IMG/VR virus record: IMGVR_UViG_2541047798_000002
Reading direction: 5' to 3' (one strand)
Source of the DNA: a virus
Lineage: Duplodnaviria > Heunggongvirae > Uroviricota > Caudoviricetes
DNA: 40,694 nt
Shown here: piece after piece, positions 1 to 8,644 of the stretch
Position numbering within the stretch: the first letter of the stretch is position 1
Layout: every line of letters begins with the position of its first letter
The notes under the pieces: model-generated
What the model saw: only the letters and a program-made list of their open reading frames with translations
Told to the model about the DNA's origin: nothing
The model's database searches: none
Program-made: the position numbers and the translations under genes

Positions 1-1074
1 TCATTTGTCGATTTCAATTTTGTCCCATTCCCGTCCACGGCTGTCCCTATACCGCGCCGCCATTGAATCTGATTTATGCCCGAGAAGACGTTGAGCAAAC
101 TTATCGCCAATCTGGTTCCGGTATAGCCTTGCTGACAGGCTACGCAGTTCATGGAATGTTGGCGGGTTTCCATCAAATGAGAGTCCAGATGCATTTCTCG
201 CCTTTGTAAAATACTTTGATACTGTTTTCGGGGAAAGCGGATCGTGATGCTTTGATGCGATTATAGTTTCACTGCTGCTGGCCTCCCTGCATTTCTGTAG
301 TGTATCAGCCAATGAGATATTGAGCGCGTCAATCGTTAGCATTAGCGGAATGGCGAGTTTAGCCCCTGTTTTACTCTGTTCAATGTGAAGATGGTTGTCG
401 TTTATGTCTGACCATTTCATTCTGCATAAATCGCCCACTCTCTGCCCTGTAACGACAGCCAAATCCATTGCCAGCCTCAGCCAGGTTGGGAGGGGTTCGG
501 CTGCATGGTAAATTTCGACATATTCATTAGCTGTCAGCCTTGAGCGCCTTACTTCTGACTTTGCTGTGCGGGTTGCTGTTACCGGATTCGTTTCCACATG
601 TCCCTCGGCTATTGCCTCACGAAAAACGTCAACAAGGGTTGACCTGATTAATTTTGCGGAAGCTGCTTTACCTTCTGCCACGTAGGTGTTTAGCATTGCT
701 GCCACTTCTTTCGTTGATATGTCAGTGAGCGGTTTGTCCGGCAATTTTCTTCGGATCGCCCTGATTTTGCTGGCGTAGTCGAGTAGAGTTTTCGGCCTGA
801 TACCCCTCTCGCTGAGGATTGTTTCATATCGGTCAAGCCACGTATGAAGAGTGATTGCGTCAGCGCCTTTAATCCTGTCGATCAGTGACTCACGCCTGCT
901 CTCGGATAGCAACTCAATGTTGGCCTGTATAGCTTCAGTGATTGCGATTCGCCTGTCTCGGCCTAATCCAAACTCTTTACCCGTCCTTGGGTCCCTGTAG
1001 CAGTAATATCCATTGTTTCTTATATAAAGGTTAGGGGGTAAATCCCGGCGCTCATGACTTCGCCTTCTTCCCAT
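1..1074 (-). CDS. int: Lambda-type tyrosine integrase
   Basis: 357-aa ORF; N-terminus MGRRRSHERRDLPPNLYIRNNGYYCYRDPRTGKEFGLGRD and C-terminal HELRSLSARLY...LLGH...Y catalytic region match lambda Int from memory almost residue for residue; stop codon is at window position 1-3. Confidence 0.95.
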   Translation of the reverse strand: MGRRRSHERRDLPPNLYIRNNGYYCYRDPRTGKEFGLGRDRRIAITEAIQANIELLSESRRESLIDRIKGADAITLHTWLDRYETILSERGIRPKTLLDYASKIRAIRRKLPDKPLTDISTKEVAAMLNTYVAEGKAASAKLIRSTLVDVFREAIAEGHVETNPVTATRTAKSEVRRSRLTANEYVEIYHAAEPLPTWLRLAMDLAVVTGQRVGDLCRMKWSDINDNHLHIEQSKTGAKLAIPLMLTIDALNISLADTLQKCREASSSETIIASKHHDPLSPKTVSKYFTKARNASGLSFDGNPPTFHELRSLSARLYRNQIGDKFAQRLLGHKSDSMAARYRDSRGREWDKIEIDK

Positions 1075-1270
1075 TTCTGATCCTCTTCAAAAGGCTACCT
1101 GTTACTGGTCGATTTAAGTCAACCTTTACCGCTGATTCGTGGAACAGATACTCTCTTCCATCCTTAACCGGAGGAGGGAATATCCTGCATTCGCGCACCC
1201 ATCGACGAACTGTTTCAAGGCTTCTTGGGCGTCGCTGGCGAGCGTTCCACTCCTGAAGTGTCAAGTACAT
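1052..1270 (-). CDS. xis: Excisionase
   Basis: 72-aa ORF MYLTLQEWNARQRRPRSLETVRRWVRECRIFPPP..., near-identical to lambda Xis as recalled; overlaps int start as in lambda. Confidence 0.92.
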   Translation of the reverse strand: MYLTLQEWNARQRRPRSLETVRRWVRECRIFPPPVKDGREYLFHESAVKVDLNRPVTGSLLKRIRNGKKAKS

Positions 1271-1330
1271 CGCAAAGTCTCCGCAATTACTCGCAAGGGA
1301 ACGAGTAGTGGTTGATTTTTCTCCAACAAA

Positions 1331-1350
1331 AAAGGAGCCGAAGCTCCTTT
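1331..1350 (-). terminator. Intrinsic terminator-like hairpin (aaaggagc-cgaa-gctccttt) followed by T-run on the minus strand
   Basis: Perfect 8-bp inverted repeat with 4-nt loop; minus strand continues TTTTTGTTGG; lies just after the stop of the 1356..1979 gene. Confidence 0.45.
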
Positions 1351-1355
1351 GATGA

Positions 1356-1979
1356 TTAAAATTCGAATTGTCTCGCCCGAAGGCTTTTCAACATTGGTCT
1401 TGCCCGTTCGAAAACGGCGCTTGCCTGGTCAAGTCGTGTCGCCTCCCTGAGCAGTACATCTCTGTTTTTCGTCACCGCATAGAAGGTTTCAAACGCAATG
1501 TCATACAGCTTACTCGCGTATGATGAGTTAAGTTCCTTCATTATCGGGTACAGGCGTTTGCAGATGTCCTGTGCATTCTCCATCTGTACCTGCATGTAGC
1601 AGAGGAGGATGATTTCCTCGTCTGTGAATTGCTGCGCTGGTTGCATGCTGCGAAGTTTCTTTTCGCACTCGATGAAGTATCGGCGTATCTGGCGGCCTTT
1701 TTCGTTGCGCTCGACCATCGCAGTTTCTTTGGCCGTATCGAGGGTGAGGTGATAGTCTTTGCTACGGCGATCGCCTCCTCGACCTTTGATTTCCCGATTT
1801 GGGGAAACCAAAATATAGTCCTGATTTTCAACGAAACCATATTCAGCAATGCGTTCTGTAATCCACGATGCAAAGCGTTTACCTACCCCAAGAAAAGTAT
1901 GTAAATCGCGAGCATTAACGAGAAGAGTGGTTTCGTTGGCGATAGTGCCGTTGAATACGGGGATGAGTTGAATAGCCAT
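1356..1979 (-). CDS. AntA/Bro-N-like antirepressor-domain protein (hypothetical)
   Basis: ORF-track ORF 1356..2015; start placed at the ATG with AGGAG 8 nt upstream (MAIQLIP...). Segment NARDLHTFLGVGKRFASWITERIAEYGFVENQDY resembles AntA-type antirepressor N-domains (recalled family pattern, not searched). Confidence 0.5.
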   Translation of the reverse strand: MAIQLIPVFNGTIANETTLLVNARDLHTFLGVGKRFASWITERIAEYGFVENQDYILVSPNREIKGRGGDRRSKDYHLTLDTAKETAMVERNEKGRQIRRYFIECEKKLRSMQPAQQFTDEEIILLCYMQVQMENAQDICKRLYPIMKELNSSYASKLYDIAFETFYAVTKNRDVLLREATRLDQASAVFERARPMLKSLRARQFEF

Positions 1980-2320
1980 AATCATGACTCCTGACGTTTT
2001 AGTATTGACTGCCACCTTAGTGGGGTGGCGGGCTTCAACTACCGCGTCAGACGGCGGAGCTTATTTCCCGAAAGGGTGTTCTATTAGGCTCTCTCGACCC
2101 GCCATAGATATGGCGATACCTGTAAACAGGCATAAAAAAGCCGCAAAGCTATCGGGTGCGGTTGACCGCTGACGTTGTAGTGCGGTCAGTATGCGATAGC
2201 TCTGGCGGATTTGTCAAATCATGTAGCCTTTATCCTGCTGTAAGCCGCGCCATTCGGGATTTTCCCCATATTTGGGGAAAACTATCTGCGAAGTATTCAC
2301 CTTTGACGGCAAGTTGCAGG

Positions 2321-3160
2321 TTAGCCACGGTTAACCTCCTGCGGCGGTTCCGGTAGCGGCATCCAGTTGGTTACTCCATGCCATATACCAGTTAAGATTT
2401 CAAACCTTGGCTCTCTGCCTTTCTGTGTCTTGGCATATTCATTTCTTGTATATACGCATTGTCTAACTGCATATCCATTCCATCCAATAACTGTTTGTCT
2501 GATTTCAGGCATTCGCTCACTACAGCTTATCCAACCATCCGGAGTTACCGGAGAGTTGCCTGCCAGTCTACGCAAAACAGCCTTAACAGCCTCAATACGG
2601 TCATCATCGTAACTTTCTGCCGTATCTATGCGGTCGAGCATGATGATTGCGTTATCAATATCAGGATTGCCGGCCCACTCATTACCGCGATTGGATTCGG
2701 CAGCCTGGTTGCCGCGTACTGGTTGATTGTCGGCTTTACCCAGTCTGTCGTCGCTGCATGAATGCCCTTCCAGCCAGGCCAATGCTTGTCGCATGAAATA
2801 CGCAATATGTTTGCCGTGGTAATCGTCTTCATCGATGTGAAAAGCGATACTACGAATGTATTCAATTGCGTTTTCAATGGCCTCTAACGCTATCGGCGCT
2901 GGCGGGGCGATGCGTCCAAGCAACTTATTTACCTCTTTCGCCATCGCGTCATATTTATCTAAATGGCGATTAGCTTCTAAGCAGACTCGGCGCATCTGAT
3001 CTGAGTTAACTCGTTTAACTGGATCTGCTTCCAGCGATGCCAGAGCAATTCGTGCCAGTTCTTCCGCTTCTTCTGCTGGCAGTACAACGTTGCTACCAGG
3101 TCCGTATGTTTCGCGCCACTGCTTGATTGTCAGCAGTCGCTCTTTGGTTATAGTGGTCAT
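2321..3160 (-). CDS. Hypothetical phage protein, DUF551-like C-terminus
   Basis: 279-aa ORF; C-terminal ...WHGVTNWMPLPEPPQE resembles the W-x-PLPEPP signature I associate with DUF551 proteins of lambdoid prophages. Confidence 0.5.
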   Translation of the reverse strand: MTTITKERLLTIKQWRETYGPGSNVVLPAEEAEELARIALASLEADPVKRVNSDQMRRVCLEANRHLDKYDAMAKEVNKLLGRIAPPAPIALEAIENAIEYIRSIAFHIDEDDYHGKHIAYFMRQALAWLEGHSCSDDRLGKADNQPVRGNQAAESNRGNEWAGNPDIDNAIIMLDRIDTAESYDDDRIEAVKAVLRRLAGNSPVTPDGWISCSERMPEIRQTVIGWNGYAVRQCVYTRNEYAKTQKGREPRFEILTGIWHGVTNWMPLPEPPQEVNRG

Positions 3161-3170
3161 TTGTTAATCC

Positions 3171-3968
3171 TTAAACTGCTAGTTGCAATTGCATTTCAAA
3201 TCGGTCGCGTTGTTCACAATACGCAAGAGAACCAGGGCTATTGTGTGCCTCAATCCGTTCTACCATTAATGCTGCTCGTGTCTCTTTACTTGCAGGTGCA
3301 TAAGCCCCAGACCAGGCTTTATCAATACCGATGTTTCGAGCGACGTTCGTACTATCTGCGCTGGCTAAGGGTAATTTTGTGAATATCTGCGGATTTAACA
3401 TGCGCAATCCATGTAGTTTCGCAACCGGCTGACCATACTCATCAACAATGTGACGAATCAGGTCTTTCATTCTGGCTACCGCAAGAGTTGGGCGCTTTAC
3501 GTCATAGTCGCCACAACTACCGATAGCCACTCGCGGAAACTCATTGCACAAATGAATAAATCGCTCGTCACTTTCATTCATGTGCCACACTGGAACGCCA
3601 GCTAGTTTTCCGTGAGGCCACTCATTCAGAAGCGCATCATTTTCTTCCTCTCCGCCATCAATAACATCAGGGATAATGGCAAAATCGAATCCTGGGTGAT
3701 TCTTCCAGCGAGCAACAAACTCGTAGTAATCGCTCCAGTCGATTTTGTTTTTGCCAGCTGCTTTCCAGGCGGTGAATGCACCGTTGTCCAGTGCGAACGA
3801 CTGACAGTATTCAGCAGCGAGATTGATCTGGCCTGAATGCGCAAAACTGATAAACGCATGTCGCCCTTTCCATGCTCTCATGGCGCACGTATCAGGAGTA
3901 ATAGGCCCACCGTGATAGTGAATCATCTCACTCTCCTTTGATGCGAATGCCAGCGGCACGGGAATCAT
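3171..3968 (-). CDS. Hypothetical protein; possible TGT/DpdA-like (tRNA-guanine transglycosylase fold) enzyme
   Basis: 265-aa ORF. Segments FALDNGAF (cf. TGT LTDSGGFQ), DFAIIPDV, RVAIGSCGDYD (cf. TGT GYAVGGLAVGE) and LHGLRM (cf. LMGVG) line up in order with E. coli Tgt as recalled; no CxCxxC zinc site seen. Function call is tentative. Confidence 0.3.
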   Translation of the reverse strand: MIPVPLAFASKESEMIHYHGGPITPDTCAMRAWKGRHAFISFAHSGQINLAAEYCQSFALDNGAFTAWKAAGKNKIDWSDYYEFVARWKNHPGFDFAIIPDVIDGGEEENDALLNEWPHGKLAGVPVWHMNESDERFIHLCNEFPRVAIGSCGDYDVKRPTLAVARMKDLIRHIVDEYGQPVAKLHGLRMLNPQIFTKLPLASADSTNVARNIGIDKAWSGAYAPASKETRAALMVERIEAHNSPGSLAYCEQRDRFEMQLQLAV

Positions 3969-4698
3969 TCCATCGCTTTACTTCTTCACGAATTACGTCA
4001 ATGCATTCTTTCGAATCCATTAGGTAATCTTCATCAAAAAGCCTTTCCTGTTCGTTTTCTATCGCAACAATGATTGCTTCAACTAACTTTTGTGCCTGAG
4101 AACCACTTTCTAACTCTGCAATGCGCTTCTCTGCGGCTTCCAGCTTCTCGCGCATATCGTCAACGTACTCGACCAGAGATCCGCCAGCAGGAATTTCGCA
4201 CTCCTCGACCAGTTGGAAGTAGATATCAGCTGCGGCCCGTGTGTTGCTATGCCTAGCGTCGCCCATCTCACCTTCACGAAGAGCATCGCGTTCGGCGGTA
4301 AGATTGGCTATTTTGCTGTCTTTGCCTTCAAGCTCAACGCGCAGCTTCCCTACCGTTAGCGCAATATCCTCGTTCTCCTGGTCGCGGCGTTTGATGTATT
4401 GCTGGTTTCTTTCCCGTTCATCCAGCAGTGCCAGCACGGTAGCCGGGTTAGCCTCTGCTATGAATTCAGCGTTTGCATAAGCCTGAGCATCTGATTCAAT
4501 CAGGCAGTTAACATGACATTCCGCAATCACGCCACCGGGTTCTCCTTTCCATTTTTGACAAACAAAAACTCCTGTTAAATTGCCGTGCTGGTTAACAGAT
4601 GTATGCCCTACGATGTAGCTTCCTTTAGTTGCTTTCTCTGCCGCCTCACGCAGTACCTGATAGTTAATGTTGCTCACTGGTTGCCTCCTTTGCGCCAC
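3928..4698 (-). CDS. Ead/Ea22-like protein
   Basis: 256-aa ORF with N-terminal [19 protein letters not shown]-type segment and central coiled-coil-like acidic region, typical of Ea22-like early-left proteins. Confidence 0.55.
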   Translation of the reverse strand: MAQRRQPVSNINYQVLREAAEKATKGSYIVGHTSVNQHGNLTGVFVCQKWKGEPGGVIAECHVNCLIESDAQAYANAEFIAEANPATVLALLDERERNQQYIKRRDQENEDIALTVGKLRVELEGKDSKIANLTAERDALREGEMGDARHSNTRAAADIYFQLVEECEIPAGGSLVEYVDDMREKLEAAEKRIAELESGSQAQKLVEAIIVAIENEQERLFDEDYLMDSKECIDVIREEVKRWNDSRAAGIRIKGE

Positions 4699-4874
4699 AT
4701 CGCATTCAGATATTTGTTTTGATTCACTGACGGAAAAGAATTTCTCTTAAGCAATTCCTCTCTCGATGGCATTGGCTTTACGCGTTGGCGAATAATCATT
4801 TCTGCCGGAAGAATGCCGGGATTGTATGCAAGTCCTCTCATGGTAAATTCCTCAGTCATTACTGATAGCGCCAT
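4674..4874 (-). CDS. Hypothetical small protein (66 aa)
   Basis: ORF in the same-orientation gene string, overlapping neighbours by a few codons; no recognisable motif. Confidence 0.3.
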   Translation of the reverse strand: MALSVMTEEFTMRGLAYNPGILPAEMIIRQRVKPMPSREELLKRNSFPSVNQNKYLNAMWRKGGNQ

Positions 4875-5148
4875 AGCGTGAGCGGTAATTACGCAGGCGC
4901 GGGTCGATATATTCAGGGAATTTGTCTATTGTCGCTTTTCGCAACGGTCTCATTGCTGTTTCGTTTGTTCGGTCCTTCTCCTGTTTTAGCGCGAGTTGTA
5001 TATCGCGTCGGTACATCCGTTCTGCTTTTGTTTCTGGTGTCAGAGCAAGAAACGCGTCGAAATTGTTTTTGATATTTTCCAGCACCTCCGCCTTGGAGCT
5101 ACCGGAGCAATTGCGCGGGTCATCCGCACCATACAGAGGCGCTGGCAT
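4852..5148 (-). CDS. Hypothetical protein (98 aa)
   Basis: ORF packed in the early-left operon; weak SD (AAGG). Confidence 0.45.
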   Translation of the reverse strand: MPAPLYGADDPRNCSGSSKAEVLENIKNNFDAFLALTPETKAERMYRRDIQLALKQEKDRTNETAMRPLRKATIDKFPEYIDPRLRNYRSRYGAISND

Positions 5149-5171
5149 AATGGGAGCCTTATTTTCAATAA

Positions 5172-5759
5172 TCAGAAAGGAGGGTAATCGTTCTGGCTGT
5201 AACCATAATCATCTGCATGATTATGGCTTACGTTTTTAGAGCGATTGTCTTTATCTTTGAGGCTGGCAACCATGTTGGCGATAGTTTCTGGTTGCTTGCC
5301 TTCCGCCTTTTCTTTAAGGGTTTGACCTGTTTGTGCAATAAACGGGATGCGTATTTCCATCTGGTAGCTGTCTGCGCCAGTCTTTTTGTTTGTGGTTAAT
5401 ACTTTCTGGAGCACTAACCCGATTTTCTTTCCATGAAACTCAGGAGCAACAAATTTACTGGCGGAAACCATATGTTGCGTTAATTGTCCAATCCCGGCAC
5501 ACCCCATCATGGCGTGAACGACATTTGCGCCAAATTTGTTTTCCGTTCCGTCATTTTTCTGAACACAGACGCTAAGATATTGGATTTTACGTCCGTCGTC
5601 AGATTCGCCAGAAAACTCAATAAATTTGGCTCCTTTTTCTGATTGCTTTAGTTCTGCTTCAGTAATGGTAATGATATGAGCACCAGTTTCGTTAATAAAA
5701 CCACCTTGCCCTGCGGTCAGTGCTGCTTCTTCGTTATAAGTAAAAATCACGTTGCTCAT
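5172..5759 (-). CDS. Putative ssDNA-binding protein partnered with Sak4
   Basis: 195-aa ORF overlapping the Sak4-like gene stop; acidic/aromatic C-terminal tail ...DDYGYSQNDYPPF reminiscent of the SSB C-terminal tail (DDDIPF); position matches Sak4-SSB pairs in P22-like phages such as HK620. Confidence 0.45.
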   Translation of the reverse strand: MSNVIFTYNEEAALTAGQGGFINETGAHIITITEAELKQSEKGAKFIEFSGESDDGRKIQYLSVCVQKNDGTENKFGANVVHAMMGCAGIGQLTQHMVSASKFVAPEFHGKKIGLVLQKVLTTNKKTGADSYQMEIRIPFIAQTGQTLKEKAEGKQPETIANMVASLKDKDNRSKNVSHNHADDYGYSQNDYPPF

Positions 5760-6436
5760 GCGGCGTTTTCCTTAATTTGATGAACATTATTGATGCCGTA
5801 GTAATCACAAACAGTGGCATCGACGAAAGAGAGATCGTTATCAATCTCATTAGAATCAAACATTCCCATTGGGGATTTTACAGTGTCTGCACCGTTGTTT
5901 TTCGTGGTGAAAAAGAACTGGTCATCGCGGGTAAGGGTGCGAAGAACTATAGTAAACATGCCTTCGACAGTGATTTTCTCGTCCAGCATTTTGCCGATAG
6001 TCTTCATTTTCACACGCCCCATAGGGGTTTCTTCGGTGTGTGCAAGAAAATAGACTCTCAGGTCATCAGGTGCATCCTGTGCAGCCTTAATCACCTCCCA
6101 TGCGTGGCGGCCTATCTCAGTAAATTTATCAAACGATTTTTCTTCTGAGCGGAGCATAAACTCATTGCTCATCACATACTGGAAGTCATCAACAATAACG
6201 ATTCTTTTCCCGTATTCGTGAGCACGCTTAATTACGGCAACTATTACGTCCCATTTGTCAGTGGTAACTACGGTTCCTTTTTTTGCTCTGGCATCCCATG
6301 CCAGCCAGTCTTTTGATTTAAATGGAAGCGGCTTGCCTATTGGTTTTATAAGTATTGCTTCCTCTGGATTGATATTTCTCATGCTGGTTGATTTTCCGGT
6401 GCCAGATTCACCGAGTATTAATGTCGCAGTTCCCAT
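5756..6436 (-). CDS. Sak4-like RecA-fold ATPase (single-strand annealing/recombination)
   Basis: 226-aa ORF; Walker A GESGTGKST near the N-terminus and Walker B-like hhhhDD (RIVIVDDF); size and position typical of Sak4/AAA_24 phage recombination ATPases. Confidence 0.65.
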   Translation of the reverse strand: MGTATLILGESGTGKSTSMRNINPEEAILIKPIGKPLPFKSKDWLAWDARAKKGTVVTTDKWDVIVAVIKRAHEYGKRIVIVDDFQYVMSNEFMLRSEEKSFDKFTEIGRHAWEVIKAAQDAPDDLRVYFLAHTEETPMGRVKMKTIGKMLDEKITVEGMFTIVLRTLTRDDQFFFTTKNNGADTVKSPMGMFDSNEIDNDLSFVDATVCDYYGINNVHQIKENAA

Positions 6437-6444
6437 AATTTGCC

Positions 6445-6645
6445 TCAGAATGGTAATTCGGATGGGGAGGAAAGAAACTCACGCTCATTCATGCGCTCTC
6501 TTTGTGCCTGCCATAAGCAAAGTTGTTTCTTTGATTTATCTCCCGCTTTACGCCAGTAACGAGCCTCAGCAATGTGATATTCTCTTTTTAATCGACTTAA
6601 CTCTGGAGTTTTCGCCAGTTCTACCGGAATCATTTTGACCTCCAT
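6445..6645 (-). CDS. Hypothetical protein (66 aa)
   Basis: ORF between kil and sak4-like gene; no recognisable motif. Confidence 0.4.
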   Translation of the reverse strand: MEVKMIPVELAKTPELSRLKREYHIAEARYWRKAGDKSKKQLCLWQAQRERMNEREFLSSPSELPF

Positions 6646-6743
6646 TTTCTGTAGGCTTCGACGGCCTCACGAAACATCTTTTCATCGCCAATAAAAGCGG
6701 CGATAGTGAATTTAGTCTGGATAGCCATAAGTGTTTTATCCAT
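6630..6743 (-). CDS. kil: Kil-like host cell-division inhibitor
   Basis: Internal Met of ORF 6630..6869 gives MDKTLMAIQTKFTIAAFIGDEKMFREAVEAYRKW..., matching lambda Kil as I recall it; overlaps cIII 3' end as in lambda. Confidence 0.5.
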   Translation of the reverse strand: MDKTLMAIQTKFTIAAFIGDEKMFREAVEAYRKWRSK

Positions 6744-6876
6744 TTTTGGGGACTCCTGGCTGATTAAGTATGTCGATAAGGCGTTTCCATCCGTCACGTA
6801 ATTTACGGGTGATTCGTTCAAGTAAAGATTCGGAAGGGCAGCCAGCAACAGGCCACCCTGCAATGGCATATTGCAT
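6736..6876 (-). CDS. cIII: CIII (FtsH inhibitor, lysogeny establishment)
   Basis: Internal Met of ORF 6736..6978 gives MQYAIAGWPVAGCPSESLLERITRKLRDGWKRLIDILNQPGVPKNG, matching lambda CIII as recalled (this copy ends 8 aa earlier). Confidence 0.75.
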   Translation of the reverse strand: MQYAIAGWPVAGCPSESLLERITRKLRDGWKRLIDILNQPGVPKNG

Positions 6877-6939
6877 GGTGTGCTCCTTATTTATACATAA
6901 CGAAAAACGCCTCGAGTGAAGCGTTATTGGTATGCATAT

Positions 6940-6963
6940 AAAAAAGCCCTCACACTGGAGGGC
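6940..6963 (-). terminator. Intrinsic terminator (tL-like) upstream of cIII
   Basis: gccctc-acactg-gagggc perfect hairpin followed on the minus strand by TTTTTTAT; expected position for an N-antiterminated tL terminator. Confidence 0.5.
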
Positions 6964-7067
6964 AAAGAAGATTTCCAATAATCAGAACAAGTCGGCTCCT
7001 GTTTAGTTACGAGCGACATTGCTCCGTGTATTCACTCGTTGGAATGAATACACAGTGCTTCTCTGTG

Positions 7068-7262
7068 CTAAATAATTAAATCATATTCTGATTTGGTTAG
7101 TTTATACGCACCTCCTCTGGTGTAATATGCAAATCTGTCTTTGCTTCCATCAGAATTGTATACCCACCCACCAAATGGAAAGATAGTGTCTATTTCTCCA
7201 ATATCTTTTTCACAACTAAATGTTTTTCCGTTTTTAGTTGAATATGACTTTCCAACTGTCAA
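7068..7262 (-). CDS. Hypothetical protein (64 aa) in the ea10/sieB-equivalent position
   Basis: ORF MTVGKSYSTKNGKTFSCEKDIGEID... between ral and cIII; no motif recognised. Confidence 0.35.
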   Translation of the reverse strand: MTVGKSYSTKNGKTFSCEKDIGEIDTIFPFGGWVYNSDGSKDRFAYYTRGGAYKLTKSEYDLII

Positions 7263-7304
7263 CGTCTTCGCCTCTGTTGTTTATGCCAAAAATAAAGGCC
7301 ACCA

Positions 7305-7505
7305 TCAGGCAGCCTTGTTGTTCTGTTTACCAAGTTCTCTGGCAATCATTGCCGTCGTTCGTATTGCCCATTTATCGACATATTTCCCATCTTCCATTAC
7401 AGGAAACATTTCTTCAGGCTTAACCATGCATTCCGATTGCAGCTTGCATCCATTGCATCGCTTGAATTGTCCACACCATTGATTCTTATCAATAGTCGTA
7501 GTCAT
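7305..7505 (-). CDS. ral: Ral-like restriction-alleviation protein
   Basis: 66-aa ORF MTTTIDKNQWCGQFKRCNGCKLQSECMVKPEEMFPVMEDGKYVDKWAIRTTAMIARELGKQNNKAA; size, position (between N and cIII) and sequence match lambda Ral as I remember it. Confidence 0.55.
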   Translation of the reverse strand: MTTTIDKNQWCGQFKRCNGCKLQSECMVKPEEMFPVMEDGKYVDKWAIRTTAMIARELGKQNNKAA

Positions 7506-7633
7506 ACGGATAGTCCTGGTACTGTTCCATTACATCCTGCGGATGCTCTTCGAACTCTTCAAATTCTTCTTCCATATCTCACCTCAAATAAGTGGTTTGC
7601 TGCCTAATTTCATTTTCTGGCGACCAACACAAG

Positions 7634-7909
7634 TCATCTCGCCGTCAGTTGTTTTGATTTCCGGTATCCTGCTGCGTAAAGAGCTACGTTCGGAAGACAA
7701 GTTGAACCTTCATATTTTCTGGTCAACATTGTCAGAGTTATAACTTCTGCTCTCATTGCTGGTTTGCGCTTGCATTGCAAGACCACTCGTGAAGGGGTTG
7801 GCCTGTGTAGCTTGTCGGAGCTAATCGACTCCTGACTTTGCAGATTTGCGCGACGAGCTCTACGGCGAGAAGCTGCGGTGCCTTTAAATTCTGTTTTTCT
7901 GGACATAGA
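7634..7909 (-). CDS. N: N-like transcription antiterminator (P22 gene 24 homolog)
   Basis: Start at internal ATG with GGGAGG SD; arginine-rich motif TAASRRRARRANLQ near the N-terminus; C-terminus LPNVALYAAGYRKSKQLTAR matches the P22 gp24 C-terminus as recalled. Confidence 0.8.
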   Translation of the reverse strand, partial: SMSRKTEFKGTAASRRRARRANLQSQESISSDKLHRPTPSRVVLQCKRKPAMRAEVITLTMLTRKYEGSTCLPNVALYAAGYRKSKQLTAR

Positions 7910-8003
7910 TTCCTCCCGAATAAACTTTGGCGATGCAATCTCGAAGCTCCTCCTGAGACGGTTGCTTCGGCATTGCATCCCACAGCTCATGTGGTTGGGT
8001 GAT

Positions 8004-8054
8004 CTGGCTTTTCAGCCACGTAGTCGAGAGTTCGACGTTGTTTAAAGAGCCTGC
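8004..8054 (-). promoter_or_regulatory. nutL (boxA-like GCTCTTTAAA and boxB hairpin GGCTGAAAAGCC)
   Basis: Read on the minus strand between PL and N; boxB stem-loop has the same GAAAA loop as the nutR candidate downstream of cro. Confidence 0.5.
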
Positions 8055-8094
8055 CAGTCTGTTCCGTTTGGCTTCCAGCGTCCTGCTGATGAGT

Positions 8095-8145
8095 TAACTT
8101 TATCGAAATGATAAATTAATGGCAATAGCAAAATGATAAATTGTT
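8095..8145 (-). promoter_or_regulatory. OL/PL: leftward promoter (TTGCCA ... TAAAGT) with overlapping operator half-site repeats TTTATC/GATAAA
   Basis: Two copies of AAATGATAAATT ~30 bp apart; partial-palindromic TTTATCGAAATGATAAA; same -10 hexamer TAAAGT as the PR candidate; same operator half-sites recur in OR next to cI. Confidence 0.55.
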
Positions 8146-8324
8146 TTAGTTTTCAAATATCCTGTTGATTATTATGGTTTTTTATTTGATTGCAGGAATT
8201 TATCAGAAGGAATAAAGAGACTTGAGGGGGATCAGAATTGCGCGTTTTAGTGAGTTGTATCTGTTTATTTTTCAACAAATACAATTGGTTATGGTGTTAT
8301 TAGGTGGGGGATCGAGAGGCAAAT

Positions 8325-8349
8325 AAAACCCGGCGCGGAAGCCGGGTTT
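8325..8349 (-). terminator. Intrinsic terminator closing the immunity-region leftward transcript
   Basis: cccggc-gcggaa-gccggg hairpin flanked by A-run/T-run (bidirectional); located after the 44-aa ORF and before the AT-rich OL/PL region. Confidence 0.6.
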
Positions 8350-8364
8350 GAGATTTAGTTATTT

Positions 8365-8499
8365 TCAGCAGCTCGGATAAGAGCGGAAGTGCTGACGAAC
8401 ATGTTCGAGCTCACCGAAACGTATGCGGCAGTAACTGCGCACATAAACCGGCTTGTCGTGTTCGTAGATGAAGTCATCGCGATTAACATCGTGAGCCAT
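8365..8499 (-). CDS. Small hypothetical protein (44 aa), third gene of the cI-linked cassette
   Basis: Not in the ORF track (<60 aa). ATG preceded by AGGAGA at 6-nt spacing; translation MAHDVNRDDFIYEHDKPVYVRSYCRIRFGELEHVRQHFRSYPSC; bracketed by two intrinsic terminators. Confidence 0.4.
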   Translation of the reverse strand: MAHDVNRDDFIYEHDKPVYVRSYCRIRFGELEHVRQHFRSYPSC

Positions 8500-8644
8500 A
8501 GCTTTTCTCCTGTTTTTGTATACAGCCTGTTTACCCGAACAGGTTGTAGTTTGTTGGGAGAACCGCTATCCTTGGCTTGCGGTTGCCAAGGGTGTAGCGG
8601 TAGGTAATCCTCCATACACTTCGGAAATACTGGATATATTTCCG

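Noticed and set aside
1541-1904. 110-aa minus and 91-aa plus ORFs overlapping the AntA-like gene
   Set aside because: Alternative frames or antisense of a gene with a recognisable domain signature; no SD.
7489-7575. 28-aa extremely acidic ORF (MEEEFEEFEEHPQDVMEQYQDYPYDYDY) with strong SD between N and ral
   Set aside because: Overlaps the ral start in another frame and is very short; could be a real leader peptide but evidence is only an SD, so not annotated.
8355-8615. 86-aa minus-strand ORF and 72-aa plus-strand ORF from the ORF track in the immunity-region cargo
   Set aside because: Both lack SD and span a terminator hairpin; the 44-aa frame (8365..8499) with an AGGAGA SD is the better supported gene here.
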